Shown piece after piece: positions 50,401-59,292 of a stretch of 64,000 nucleotides of DNA (its first letter is position 1; the number at the start of each line of letters is the position of its first letter). Where the stretch lies: positions 1,568,001-1,632,000 of the forward strand of contig OY970303.1 in assembly GCA_963716255.1 (NCBI GenBank), written 5' to 3'. Made by a program: the position numbers and the translations under genes. This DNA comes from an uncultured Gemmatimonadales bacterium. Its GTDB lineage: Bacteria > Gemmatimonadota > Gemmatimonadetes > Longimicrobiales > Longimicrobiaceae. The notes beneath the pieces are model-generated. The model did not search any database. It saw only the letters and a list, made by a program, of their open reading frames with translations, and was not told the origin of the DNA.

Positions 50401-52145
50401 CCACGGCGGTGGCCATCCCCGGGGGCAACTTCAACCTCCCCCTGACGCGCACCCGGCAGCTGGTGGCGAACGTCGCGCTGAGCGGGGCGGCACCGGGGCC
50501 GGACTGGGCCCAGCAGGTGGACTGGCTCGTCGTTCCGGCCGGGGTGGTCACCGTGTCGGCCAGCGGCCTGGTGACGCCCGTTGCGGCGGGGGCGGCCGTC
50601 GTCACCGCGCAGCGGGGCCGCTTCAGCGCCTCGGTCACCGTCACCGTGATCCCCGCGGCGCCGGCCCCCGCCGCCGCCGCCGTGGGGGTGTTCGCCCCGC
50701 CGGCCTTCAACCCGGCGTGGGCGCCGTTCAACAACGGCCTCCCCCTCACGCTTGTGAACGACCTGGCCCGCGTCACGGGGACCACACGGATCCGCGCGGG
50801 GACCTTCGGGCGGGGGATCTGGGAGTGCGACGTGGGCGCCGCCCCCGTGCAGCGGCGGCTCTACATCCGCCAGACCCTCATCGAGGAGGGGCACGCGTAC
50901 CCGCGGACCATCCCCATGGCGCTGCGCGACGACCCGCGCCTGCCGGCCGGGGCGGTGGGGCTGGACCACGCGCACGCCTTCGACATCCGGGTGGACGCGC
51001 CCCCGTACCGCTTCTTCGACGACCGCGCCGACGGCGTGGAGTTCGACGAGAAGCTGGGGGCCGACTCGCTGGTCCCCCTGCAGACCAACTACGTCTACGT
51101 CCAGGTGCACAACGCCGGGAGCGAGGCGGTGGACGTGGTGGAGGTGCACCTCTTCGTACGGGCCTCGACGGCGGCGCCGTACGCCGCACCGGCGCCCATC
51201 GTGGGCCCGCCGCCGGCGGTCGCGCCGGTCCCGGCGCTCCCCGCCCTGGGGCCCGTCGCCGAGTTCTACAACCCTCCCGGCTTCGCGCTGGCCCCCGCCG
51301 CCGCCGCCTGGACCAAGGTGGGGCAGCGCCCGGCGGGGCGGGTGGCGCCGGGGGAGCCGGTGGTGGTGCGCTTCGACTGGGTGCCGCCCGCCTTCCCGGC
51401 CGCGCCCAACGACAACGCGGCGCTGCTGGCCATATGCGTGGCGCCCACGGACAACGTCTTTCCCGCCGCGCCGGCGGACGTGGGGGCGCTGATCGCGGCG
51501 GAGCCCCGGGCGGCGCTGCGCATCGTGCCCGTGGCCGCCCCCGCTCCCGCCGTGCTCCACCTGCGCGACACCGTTGCCGACGACGGGCGCCGCCGCGGGG
51601 CGGGTCTGGCCGCCGCGCGCAGCCCGGACGTGATGGTGGTGCAGCACCCGCTCCCCCTCCCGCCCGAGCAGTACTTCCGCGACACGCTGGACGCGCGGCC
51701 GCAGGACCGGGTGCGCGCGGGGGCCGACAACCACGTGTACGTGAGGGTGCACAACCGCGGGCGGGGCGCCGGCAACGCCGAGGTGCACGTGTTCGCCGTC
51801 CCGGTGACGGTCGATGGAAGGCCCGACGTCGCCACCGCGAACTGGCAGCGCCTCACGCCGGCCGCCGCCCCGTTCCTCACGGTCCCCGTGCCGGCGCGCG
51901 GCGCCGCCCCGGCGAGCGGCACCGCCCTGGCGCACGTGGCCTGGGCGCCGGTGACCGTCGCCGTCCCCGCCGATTCGCTCAAGCAGGTCGTGGTGGTCGC
52001 CATCGTCCGCGACACCACCACGGGCGAGACCGTCCCCGACGTCGCCCGCATACGCGCCGGCACCGACGACGACCTGTGGAGCCTGCTGCTGCGCATGGTG
52101 GACTCCGACAACGTGGCCGCCCGCGCCGTGAGGTACGAGCCGTGA
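47460..52145 (+). CDS. VPS10/BNR beta-propeller with inserted repeats, a Big_2 domain and C-terminal Ig-like modules, module 2 gene C
   Basis: Paralog of 36857-40669; extra GD[TS]W repeats and a VVTVSASGLVT Big_2-like segment. Confidence 0.75.
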   Translation: MSTPDPGATVETADREAIQEREESFFRQMGVSELSYPHALEDAVVHARRAPVAGDARWYPSGPRNVGGRITALAQDPTNALTLYAGSAHGGLWRTIDGGDTWTHLGAEEFNVPVGTIAIHPRQPGLLYVGTGSLKHTYAAGRGLFRVQVAGPLAPAAFDRLAATDPPDVAPAASRDGRAYRYTRIEVDPDAPERFWAASQTGLWRCVVPVAPFPHAAGSAVFTRDFPPDPPAAGSPPLFSGAVPVPGAGWPAYATDVRVARDPRSTDTHAGLSRYLVIYVGVYGEGVWRGRYDRKDDRVEWEKKLDVPGAGASFQRVRLAVCANRPQHVYVVFADPGDMATEVYYSGDSGEHWEKRGQIPAASNGQADYDLVLEVNPFNPDVLLCAAVDVCKSEDGAKNWTPVAHWRFYDRGDHAQHADFHAAIFDVADRRRVWVGNDGGISVLDDLRRIKSPVPLSWRKRSHGILAGQFQDIAVSPALPFVSAGGLQDNGSWASFGGPTWYRIGWADGAGVAFHSGDPRTFFPAQNSAGNMTSVTVAAHQPFVIPPARRYLFSLVSHDVPTPAGATPDALELRMDPIPLPQSSPFVTVVAEDPTTPGQILIGATANPSGGPQALAYWAPPPPAGPYAAFPAALPAPLAVNAVTGPAAAPLPVPAGTECSAVAFGPVIAPAAAPPPPPFPVDGWLGCSNGQLFLCRSAPGGNWQAPGAPLPSASGVPQLVTSIAVHPDDPRTVAVSAVPELGWVRIRIPPGGGGAVGVATFTFAHLPAAAAPAQPTGAGIVLPGTLRTVSFAGPGNFVAGDTWVISPEGTITAGGANTSTGTVTASTTTGQTITVRIPAGGGGALGVAGFTYQVGAGAVVGPQPTAARFPVPGTLVTLLFGAGAYVAGDSWTVSPRAAVAAAGGNTSAGVLTALSWLGGRVYLTWDRGSTWTDVSEPTPPAPLASLPNATVTSLLWDPRNAQALYAGTLAGVYALRNVPVPTAVAIPGGNFNLPLTRTRQLVANVALSGAAPGPDWAQQVDWLVVPAGVVTVSASGLVTPVAAGAAVVTAQRGRFSASVTVTVIPAAPAPAAAAVGVFAPPAFNPAWAPFNNGLPLTLVNDLARVTGTTRIRAGTFGRGIWECDVGAAPVQRRLYIRQTLIEEGHAYPRTIPMALRDDPRLPAGAVGLDHAHAFDIRVDAPPYRFFDDRADGVEFDEKLGADSLVPLQTNYVYVQVHNAGSEAVDVVEVHLFVRASTAAPYAAPAPIVGPPPAVAPVPALPALGPVAEFYNPPGFALAPAAAAWTKVGQRPAGRVAPGEPVVVRFDWVPPAFPAAPNDNAALLAICVAPTDNVFPAAPADVGALIAAEPRAALRIVPVAAPAPAVLHLRDTVADDGRRRGAGLAAARSPDVMVVQHPLPLPPEQYFRDTLDARPQDRVRAGADNHVYVRVHNRGRGAGNAEVHVFAVPVTVDGRPDVATANWQRLTPAAAPFLTVPVPARGAAPASGTALAHVAWAPVTVAVPADSLKQVVVVAIVRDTTTGETVPDVARIRAGTDDDLWSLLLRMVDSDNVAARAVRYEP

Positions 52146-53143
52146 GCGCGCCCGCCTCCCCGCGCCCCGTCGCCCTCCCCGCCGGCGTGGCGGATCCCGC
52201 CGGGAGCAGCGGCTTCGTGGCGGCCCTGGACGGGGGCGTGGACGCGCTGGAGCTGGCGACAGGTCGCGTCCTCTGGCGGAGCCACGACGCCTTTCTCCCC
52301 GTGCTCGCCACCAATGACGCCCTCGCCGCGGCGGGCCGCGAGGGCACGGCGGTGAGGATGCTGCTCCTGGACGCCGCGACCGGGGCGAGGCGCTGGGCCG
52401 GCGCGCCGCTCTCGCCCTCCGCTCCGCTCTGGACGGTGACCGGTGCGAGGCTGGAAGGCGGGAGCCTGGTGCTGGCGTGGTGGGCACAGGATGCCCCGCG
52501 CGGCACGCCCCCGGACCCATCCTCCCCCCGCTATGGTGAGCTGGGGCGGGGCGCCGCCCGGGTGGAGCTGGCGACCGGCCGCGTGGAACCGCTCCCCGCC
52601 CCGGAGGAGCCGGCCTATCCCGGGGACCCGCTCCCCGGCGCTCCCGCCGGGGACCTCCTCCCGGACGTGGGCGGCACCGTGCGGCGCTGGGCCGCGGACG
52701 GCGTAGTGGCCGGCCTTGCCCTGGAGGGAGGAGGCGGCGACGCGAAGCGGCTGGTGCTGCGGCGCTGGAGCCCGGAGACCGGGGCCGCTCTCCCGGACGC
52801 CGTGCTGCTCGATCCCGCGCCGCCGCTGGCGGAGCTCCGGCACCACCGCTTCCCCGACGCCGGCCACGTGTTCCTGCAGCGCTGTCCGCCCGGCGGTGAG
52901 TGCCGGTGGCTGGTCTTCTCGGCCGCGACGGGGGAGCGCGTCGCCGACCTGGCATTCGGGCCGGGCGCCGAGGAGGAGATGGCGGTGGTGGGCGGCGTGC
53001 TCTTCCACCTCGCGCCGGGCGGCCCCGCCGCGGACCCGGGACTGCGGCCCCGCGTGCTGCGCGCCGTGGACCCCGACGGCGGCGCCGTGCTCTGGGAGCA
53101 CCCCGTCGCCCCGGCCCGCGATACCCCCATGGACCTGGCCTGA
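52142..53143 (+). CDS. PQQ-like beta-propeller repeat protein
   Basis: ALELATGRVLW, LDAATGARRW, AVDPDGGAVLW; GTGA overlap with the upstream stop. Confidence 0.65.
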   Translation: MSAPASPRPVALPAGVADPAGSSGFVAALDGGVDALELATGRVLWRSHDAFLPVLATNDALAAAGREGTAVRMLLLDAATGARRWAGAPLSPSAPLWTVTGARLEGGSLVLAWWAQDAPRGTPPDPSSPRYGELGRGAARVELATGRVEPLPAPEEPAYPGDPLPGAPAGDLLPDVGGTVRRWAADGVVAGLALEGGGGDAKRLVLRRWSPETGAALPDAVLLDPAPPLAELRHHRFPDAGHVFLQRCPPGGECRWLVFSAATGERVADLAFGPGAEEEMAVVGGVLFHLAPGGPAADPGLRPRVLRAVDPDGGAVLWEHPVAPARDTPMDLA

Positions 53144-53149
53144 CCGACC

Positions 53150-53743
53150 ATGATCGTACGCCCCATGATCGGCGGCTGGGAGCCGCCCATGATCGAGCGC
53201 ATCGCCTCGGTGGAGCAGCGGCGCCTCGCCGTCCTCCCCGTCCCCGGCCTGTCCGGCGACCTGCACCAGGACCTGGGGCGCGGCGCCCTGGCCGTGGAGA
53301 TCTCCGGCTCGCTCTCCGGCAACGAGGCGCGCGACGCCTTCCTTGCCGAGGTGCGCGCCAAGTTCCTGGCCGGCGAGCCGGTGGACTTCGTCGCCGACAT
53401 CGTGGCCGAGAGCGAGCTGGAGCAGGTGCTCATCGAGGAGCTGCGCCTGGAGGAGGTGGCCGGGCACCCCGACGCCTTCCGCTACGCCGTGGTGCTGCGC
53501 GAGTACACCGAGCCGCCGGAGCCCCCCGCGCCGGGGATGGACTTCGGGATGGAGCTGGACATGGAGCTGGACCTGCTGGCGGAGCTGGGGCTGGACATGC
53601 TGGACCTGCCTTCGATCCTCCCCAGCATCCCGCAGCTGGGCGACGTGCTGGCCCCGCTCCAGCCGGCCGCGGAGCAGCTGCGCGAAACGGTCGCGGGTGC
53701 CGGGGCGCTGCTGGACCCGCTCAAGAAGCTCCTGGGAGGCTGA
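53150..53743 (+). CDS. Tube-initiator-like protein (DNA_circ_N/Mu gp43-like N-domain)
   Basis: VPGLSGDLHQDLGR..EISG and ..Y.VVLREY pattern; CIS context. Confidence 0.55.
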   Translation: MIVRPMIGGWEPPMIERIASVEQRRLAVLPVPGLSGDLHQDLGRGALAVEISGSLSGNEARDAFLAEVRAKFLAGEPVDFVADIVAESELEQVLIEELRLEEVAGHPDAFRYAVVLREYTEPPEPPAPGMDFGMELDMELDLLAELGLDMLDLPSILPSIPQLGDVLAPLQPAAEQLRETVAGAGALLDPLKKLLGG

Positions 53744-53744
53744 C

Positions 53745-54521
53745 GTGGCCGAGCGAGCCTTTCTTTCCGCGGTGCAGGCGCACCTGTCGGGCGCGGGGCT
53801 GGTTCCCGCCCCGGCGCTGGTGGGGCCCGTCGAGCCCGAGGAGGCCACGGAGCTCCCCGCCCTGGTGCTGTCGCTGGACGCGGCGGAGCGCGCCGGCAAC
53901 GGCCTGGGGGAGCGGACCAGCCTGATGGCGGGCGCGCTCCGCTGGCAGGCCGCGGTGGACCTGGCGGACCCGGTCCTGGCCGACGACCCGGCGACCCGGC
54001 TGCTGGACCCCGCCCGCAAGGTCCTGATCCTCCCGCACGGCGGGCTGGTGCGGGAGGACGGGACGGAAGGGCCGCTGGGCCCCGGCGACCTGGCGGTCAC
54101 CGTCAACGGCAACACCCGGGTGTTCACCTCCGACCCGGCCACCGGGACGCTGACCTTCGCGACGGCGCTCCCCGCCACGGGCACGGTGGCGGCCAGCTAC
54201 TTCGTGGGGCAGTGGGAGCGGCGGGTGGCGCGCCTCGCGGGCGTGCTGCGGGTGGACGCCTGCGGAAAGACCGGGGCCGAGGCCGCGGCCCTTTCCGACG
54301 CCGCGCTGGACGCGCTCTCCGGCGAGCGCGTACGCCGGGGGGTGCGCGGCCTGCTTTCGTTCAGCGTGGCCGCCGTGTCCAGTATCGGCGCGGCGGAGCA
54401 GGAAACGAAGCTGCGGCGGCGGACGCTCCGCTTCACCTTCGTCTTCGAGCACGAGATCGACCGGCCCGACTCCTCGGGCGGCGTCATCCGGAGCATTCCG
54501 ATCACGGCGCACCTGGGCTGA
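53745..54521 (+). CDS. Putative tail terminator/cap protein
   Basis: Immediately upstream of the sheath; ELPALVLS and RRTLRFTFVFE beta-rich pattern; assignment is mainly positional. Confidence 0.4.
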   Translation: MAERAFLSAVQAHLSGAGLVPAPALVGPVEPEEATELPALVLSLDAAERAGNGLGERTSLMAGALRWQAAVDLADPVLADDPATRLLDPARKVLILPHGGLVREDGTEGPLGPGDLAVTVNGNTRVFTSDPATGTLTFATALPATGTVAASYFVGQWERRVARLAGVLRVDACGKTGAEAAALSDAALDALSGERVRRGVRGLLSFSVAAVSSIGAAEQETKLRRRTLRFTFVFEHEIDRPDSSGGVIRSIPITAHLG

Positions 54522-54561
54522 GAGCGCCCGAGGCGTCCCAACCCTCCCCAAGGAGCGGACG

Positions 54562-55989
54562 ATGAGTGAGACCATCGGCGAAATGATCATCCCGGGCACC
54601 TACATCGAGGTGCGCTCGGAAGGGCTGATCGGCGTTTCCGGGATCGGCACCGGGAACGTGGGCGTGGTGGGGACCGCCAACCGCGGCCCCATCGACCAGG
54701 TGCGCGTGCTGGGCAGCTACGCCGAGGCGCTGGAGACGTTCGGGAGCTACGACGCCTGGCCGTCGGCCTCCGCCGACTTCCCCAAGGCGCTCTCCCTGGT
54801 GCGGACCCTGGAGATGCTGTTCCGGGGCGGCGCATCCACCGTGTACGCGGTGCGCGCGGCCAACACCGGCGTCACCCCCATGGCGAGCACCACCTGGGCC
54901 GTGAAGACGGGGAACGCCGACGCCTTCACCCTCACCGCCACCTCGCCCGGCACCTGGGCCAACGACGTGCAGGCGAAGGTGGAGACCACGGGCGACCCCG
55001 CCACCTCCGCGACCCTCACCCTCGCCCTGGGCCGGGTCAAGGAAAGCTTCACCGCCGCCACCGCCGAGGCGCTCGCCGCCCAGATCAACGAGGGGAGCCG
55101 CTTCGTGACGGCGGGCACGGTGGCCGCGGCGCACAGGGGCAAGGTGCCCAGCGCCGTGGACGCCCCCACGGCCGTGGGGACCAACGGCGACCCCATCACC
55201 ACCACGGAGCTCGCCGGCGGGCTGGCGCTGCTCGCGACCCAGCCCGTCAACATCGTCACCGCGGGCGGCTTCGACGCCAAGACGGCCGCCGGCACGATGC
55301 TGGCCCACCTGGAAGCCACCGAGAACGACGGGCGGGAGCGCATCGCCGTGCTGGGCGCCTCCACCGACACCCCGGCCGACATCATCTCCAACGACTCCAG
55401 CAAGGGCTCCAACCCGCGCCTGGTGCTGGTGGCCCCCGGGATCGTCGCGGACGACGCGGCGCGGGTCGGCGCGAACCGCCGGGTGCGACTCCCCGCCCCG
55501 TACGCCGCCGCGATGGTGGCGGGGAAGATGTCCACCCTGGCCCCGCACGTGAGCCTCACCAACAAGGACGTGCCCGCCGACGGGCTCACCCGCGAGTACA
55601 CGCGCGCCGAGCAGAAGCAGCTGCTGGGGAGCCAGGTGATGGTGCTGGTGCCCAACCTGGGGATCCGCGTGCTCAAGGGGATCACCACCGACACCGGCGC
55701 CTTCCGGCAGGTGTCCGTGCGGCGCGTGGTGGACTACGCCAAGGCCGGAGTGCGGCTGGGCTCCAACCCGTACATCGGGCGCCTGAACAACGTGCGGGTC
55801 CGCGCCGCGCTCAAGGCGACCCTCGACGGCTTCCTGTCCGGGATGGTGCTGGACGAGATGCTGACCGGCTACACGCTCGACGTGTCGGCCACCCGCTCAC
55901 AGGAGATCACCGGACAGGCGGTGGTCACCATGACGCTCCAGCCCACCTTCTCGATCGATTTCGTGAAGGTCATCATGAACCTCCAGTAG
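54562..55989 (+). CDS. Contractile tail sheath protein
   Basis: PGTYIE, GTANRGP, PHVSLTNK, VRRVVDY, YIGRLNN, LQPTFSIDFV. Confidence 0.92.
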   Translation: MSETIGEMIIPGTYIEVRSEGLIGVSGIGTGNVGVVGTANRGPIDQVRVLGSYAEALETFGSYDAWPSASADFPKALSLVRTLEMLFRGGASTVYAVRAANTGVTPMASTTWAVKTGNADAFTLTATSPGTWANDVQAKVETTGDPATSATLTLALGRVKESFTAATAEALAAQINEGSRFVTAGTVAAAHRGKVPSAVDAPTAVGTNGDPITTTELAGGLALLATQPVNIVTAGGFDAKTAAGTMLAHLEATENDGRERIAVLGASTDTPADIISNDSSKGSNPRLVLVAPGIVADDAARVGANRRVRLPAPYAAAMVAGKMSTLAPHVSLTNKDVPADGLTREYTRAEQKQLLGSQVMVLVPNLGIRVLKGITTDTGAFRQVSVRRVVDYAKAGVRLGSNPYIGRLNNVRVRAALKATLDGFLSGMVLDEMLTGYTLDVSATRSQEITGQAVVTMTLQPTFSIDFVKVIMNLQ

Positions 55990-56008
55990 CCGCACAGGGG
56001 AGACGAAG

Positions 56009-56503
56009 ATGCCGACCACGACCGTGTACACGGGGGCCGACGGCTCCATCGCCGTGGCTGTGGAGCCCGGGCCCGCCGGCGACAAGGCCAAGGAGGTGGC
56101 CGACCGCTACTCCCTCACCCCGGTGGGGCGGGTGTCCGGGGTCACCATCCGGGTGACCAACGACGTCAGGGCCTTCCACGAGCTGGGGCAGCGCTTCGCG
56201 ACGGAGCTGCGCCCGGGGAACATGAACGTCTACGGGACCATCGAGCGGGCGCACATCAACGGCGCGCTGCTGCGGCTGATGCTGGGCGAGGCGGCGGACA
56301 GCCGCCCGGCGGGGGCCTTCGTGGGCCCGTCCTTCAACCTGTCGGTGCGCCTGCAGAACCCGGCGGTGCCGGACTCCAGCGCCTCGGTGACGGTGATGGG
56401 GGTGCAGATCAACGAGTGGAACTACACCCTGCCCGAGGACGACTTCGTCCTGGAGCGCGCCTCGTTCCGGGCGCTCTGGATCAAGACCGAGGAAACCGGC
56501 TGA
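56009..56503 (+). CDS. Tail tube protein (putative)
   Basis: 164 aa directly after the sheath; VGRVSGV, HELG, EDDFVLE..SF pattern. Confidence 0.7.
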   Translation: MPTTTVYTGADGSIAVAVEPGPAGDKAKEVADRYSLTPVGRVSGVTIRVTNDVRAFHELGQRFATELRPGNMNVYGTIERAHINGALLRLMLGEAADSRPAGAFVGPSFNLSVRLQNPAVPDSSASVTVMGVQINEWNYTLPEDDFVLERASFRALWIKTEETG

Positions 56504-56513
56504 GGGAGAGTAG

Positions 56514-57008
56514 ATGCCCATGCAGCTGACGGCCGAGGACCTGCTCGCGGGCGGGTCCGCCACCCACGTTGTGCGCCTCCCCGAGAGCCTGCTGCGCCCC
56601 GGCGCGAACGGCGATTCCCCGGGGGAGGGCGGAGAGGTCACTCTCCGCCCGCTCCTGGTGCGCGACGTGGACCGGGTGGTGCGCGCCGCCCGCGAGCAGC
56701 GCGTGCTCACCAGCGTGCTGATGGTGCAGCAGGCGCTGGTGTCGCCGAAGCTCACCGTGGACCAGGTGGCGGAGCTCCCGGCGGGGCTGGTGCAGGCGCT
56801 GCTGGAGCGCGTCAACGCCATCAGCGGCCTGGCCGTGGGCGAGGACGACCTGGACCGTGCCGTCCGTGCCCCGCTGGCCCGCGCCTGCTTCGTGCTGGCG
56901 CGGGAGTTCGGGTGGACGCCCGCCGAGTGCTCGGAGCTCACGGTGGGGCAGGTGCTGCTGTACCTGGAGATGCTGGCGCGCGACGGCGAGGGCGGGGGCG
57001 CGGGATGA
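56514..57008 (+). CDS. Tail assembly chaperone with an in-frame GT/E'-like extension
   Basis: EVTLRPL...LPAGLV...VNAISG, then FGWTPAECSELTVGQ; located after the tube gene. Confidence 0.65.
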   Translation: MPMQLTAEDLLAGGSATHVVRLPESLLRPGANGDSPGEGGEVTLRPLLVRDVDRVVRAAREQRVLTSVLMVQQALVSPKLTVDQVAELPAGLVQALLERVNAISGLAVGEDDLDRAVRAPLARACFVLAREFGWTPAECSELTVGQVLLYLEMLARDGEGGGAG

Positions 57009-58315
57009 GCCCCGTCCCGCACCCCGCGCTCCGGCGCCTGCTGGCCGCCGCGGCGATGCCCGGGCGCTGCCTGGAGTCGCTGGACGCCGCCGCGCCCGGC
57101 CTGGCGGCGGTCGTCCGCGACCTGGAGGGGGCCGCCCTGGTGGTGGACCGCTCGCTGGAGCCGCTGGCCCGCGGGATCGACCTGGCCGCGGTGCTGGGGC
57201 GGGCCGCCGCGCCGCGGGACCGGGTGGACGGCCGCGCGCCGTCCGCCGACCGGGGACGCGCCGGTCCGCGCCCGGAGGAGCCACTGCCGCCGGAGCCGCA
57301 GCGGCGGCCGCGGCGGGTGCCGGACTCCGCTGCGGCCGGGGCGCGCCGGGGGCCCGCCCTGGAGCACGACGCGGCGGCGGTCGCGGCGGTGCTGTCGCGC
57401 TTCGCCCCGGCGGCGGACGCGGGGCCGGCTTCACGGGAGCCCGTTTCAGGAGATGCCGGGGCGGCGGGTTCTTCCCGTCGGCCGGACGCCGTGCGGACGT
57501 CGGCCGACGCGCCGACGCGGATGCCGCCCACGGCGTCGGCCGACACGACGGACGACCGCGCGGACGGCGGGCGGCGTTTCCCGACCCGGGAAGAGGCCGC
57601 GGCGGAGCTGCGCCGCCGGACGGCGGCCACGGCGGGAGACGGAGGGCTCGACACCCCGGTGCGCGTCGACCAGCCCGCGGCGGAAGTGGCCGTGCTGCTC
57701 CGGGACTCGGAGGTGGCGTCGGAGGGTGGACGTCCGGCGCCGGGCGGGCGTTCGACGACGGAGGGCGGACGGCCGATGGTGGACGGCGTACGTGCGGCTT
57801 CGACAGCGCGTCCGGCGTCCGGAGGGTCGACAACCGGAGAGCCGGCGCCGGGAGGGCCGGCGGCGGCGGCGGCCGGCGGTGGGTCCGCGCGGGATGACGG
57901 GCACCTGCACGAGGTGCTGGAGCGGGTGCGGGCCGTGGCGGCGCGCCGGACCGCCGTGGCGGAGGGGATCCGGCCGGCACGTCCCGGGATGGACCCGTTC
58001 GAGGGCGAGGACGGAGCCCACGGGGACGGCGCCCGCGGCGACGGCACCGGCACCGCGGCTGCCGACCCGCCCCGGGCGCCGAAGCCCGCGGCCGTGGCGG
58101 CGGCGGGCGGGCTGCGGGGGCTGGCGCAGCGGGCGGAGGCGGCGGGGCAGGTGCTCGCCCCGCGGGGGGTGACCTTCCCGTCGGCCGGCGCCGAGCCCGC
58201 GGCCGGGGTGGTGGCCGCCCGCGCCGACGAGGCCGAGCTGGCCGAGCGCATCGACCGGCTGCTGCGCCGCGAGGCCCGCCGCCAGGGCATCGACCTGGAG
58301 GGGGTGGGACCGTGA
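57005..58315 (+). CDS. Low-complexity protein at the tape-measure position
   Basis: ATGA and GTGA overlaps at both ends; disordered centre; C-terminal LAERIDRLLRREARRQG helix. Confidence 0.55.
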   Translation: MSPVPHPALRRLLAAAAMPGRCLESLDAAAPGLAAVVRDLEGAALVVDRSLEPLARGIDLAAVLGRAAAPRDRVDGRAPSADRGRAGPRPEEPLPPEPQRRPRRVPDSAAAGARRGPALEHDAAAVAAVLSRFAPAADAGPASREPVSGDAGAAGSSRRPDAVRTSADAPTRMPPTASADTTDDRADGGRRFPTREEAAAELRRRTAATAGDGGLDTPVRVDQPAAEVAVLLRDSEVASEGGRPAPGGRSTTEGGRPMVDGVRAASTARPASGGSTTGEPAPGGPAAAAAGGGSARDDGHLHEVLERVRAVAARRTAVAEGIRPARPGMDPFEGEDGAHGDGARGDGTGTAAADPPRAPKPAAVAAAGGLRGLAQRAEAAGQVLAPRGVTFPSAGAEPAAGVVAARADEAELAERIDRLLRREARRQGIDLEGVGP

Positions 58316-59292
58316 GCCTTTCCCGCCCCCGCGCCGTGGTCACGCTGGACGGCCGCGCCCTCACCTCCGCCGAGGCCGCCGTGGCCCGCCTGCGCGTGCT
58401 GTTGGGCGTGGGCGGCTCGCACGACCCCGCCGAGGTGGTCGTGTGGCCCGCGTCCAAGCTGTCCGCCGCGACGCCGGGGAGCACCCTCGCCATCGCGCTG
58501 GGCGAGGAGGGCGAGGAGGAGGACGTGTGGGCGGGGGAGGTGGCGGAGGTGTCCGCCGGGCCCGACGGCGTGGTGCTGGACGCCCTGGCGGGGACCGTCG
58601 CGCTGGGGAGGGAGCGGGTGTCGCGCACCTACCTGGACCAGACCGTGGCCGACGTGGTGCGCGACCTGGCCGGCTCCGCCCCGGTGGACGAAGTGGGCGG
58701 CGACCTGGAGCTCCCCGCCTACACCGTGGACGACCGGCGCACCGTATGGGCGCACCTGCGCGAGCTGGCCGCGCTCTCCGGATCGGACCTGGGCTCCGCG
58801 CCCGACGGCGGTCTGCGCTTCGTCCCGCCGCGCACGGGGAGCGCCGACCACACCTTCCGCCACGGCGCCGAGCTGCTGTCGTGGACCGCCGCCGCCGGCA
58901 GCGCGCGCATCGCCGCCGCGGTCGCCGCCCACGGCGCCGCCAGCGAGGCCGGGGCCGAGCAGTGGCACTGGCTGCGGCGCTCCCCCTCCGGCTCCGGCGG
59001 CGCGCTGCGCGTCCCCGCCGCCGTCCGCACCCGCGACGCCGCCGAGGCCGTGGCGCAGGCGCTCGCCGCGCGGGCCGAGCGGGCCGCCGTGCGGGGCACG
59101 CTGCGGCTCTGGGGGATGCCCGCGGTGCGCCCCGGCGACCTGGTGGAGGCGACCGACCTCCCCACCGGCGACCCGGGGACGCTGCGGGTGCTGCGGGTGG
59201 AGCACGTGCTGGACGGGCGCAGCGGCTTCACCACCACGCTGGACGTGGAGGGAGCCGGCGGCGGCGGCGGGCTCCTGGGCGGGCTGCTCTGA
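58312..59292 (+). CDS. Baseplate hub (gp27/GpD-like, VgrG N-terminal half)
   Basis: QTVADVVRDLA, TVWAHLRELA, G.P.VRPGD, VEH...GFTT. Confidence 0.8.
   Translation: MSLSRPRAVVTLDGRALTSAEAAVARLRVLLGVGGSHDPAEVVVWPASKLSAATPGSTLAIALGEEGEEEDVWAGEVAEVSAGPDGVVLDALAGTVALGRERVSRTYLDQTVADVVRDLAGSAPVDEVGGDLELPAYTVDDRRTVWAHLRELAALSGSDLGSAPDGGLRFVPPRTGSADHTFRHGAELLSWTAAAGSARIAAAVAAHGAASEAGAEQWHWLRRSPSGSGGALRVPAAVRTRDAAEAVAQALAARAERAAVRGTLRLWGMPAVRPGDLVEATDLPTGDPGTLRVLRVEHVLDGRSGFTTTLDVEGAGGGGGLLGGLL

Noticed and set aside
30393..52145. Assembly artefact as the source of the duplicated modules
   Set aside because: The paralogs are strongly diverged and differ in domain inserts.
21475..52955. Very long minus-strand and alternate-frame ORFs (e.g. 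21475-25131, 36809-42220, 47121-52955)
   Set aside because: Shadow ORFs typical of high-GC DNA; Arg/Gly/Pro-rich, motif-free and overlapping better-supported genes.
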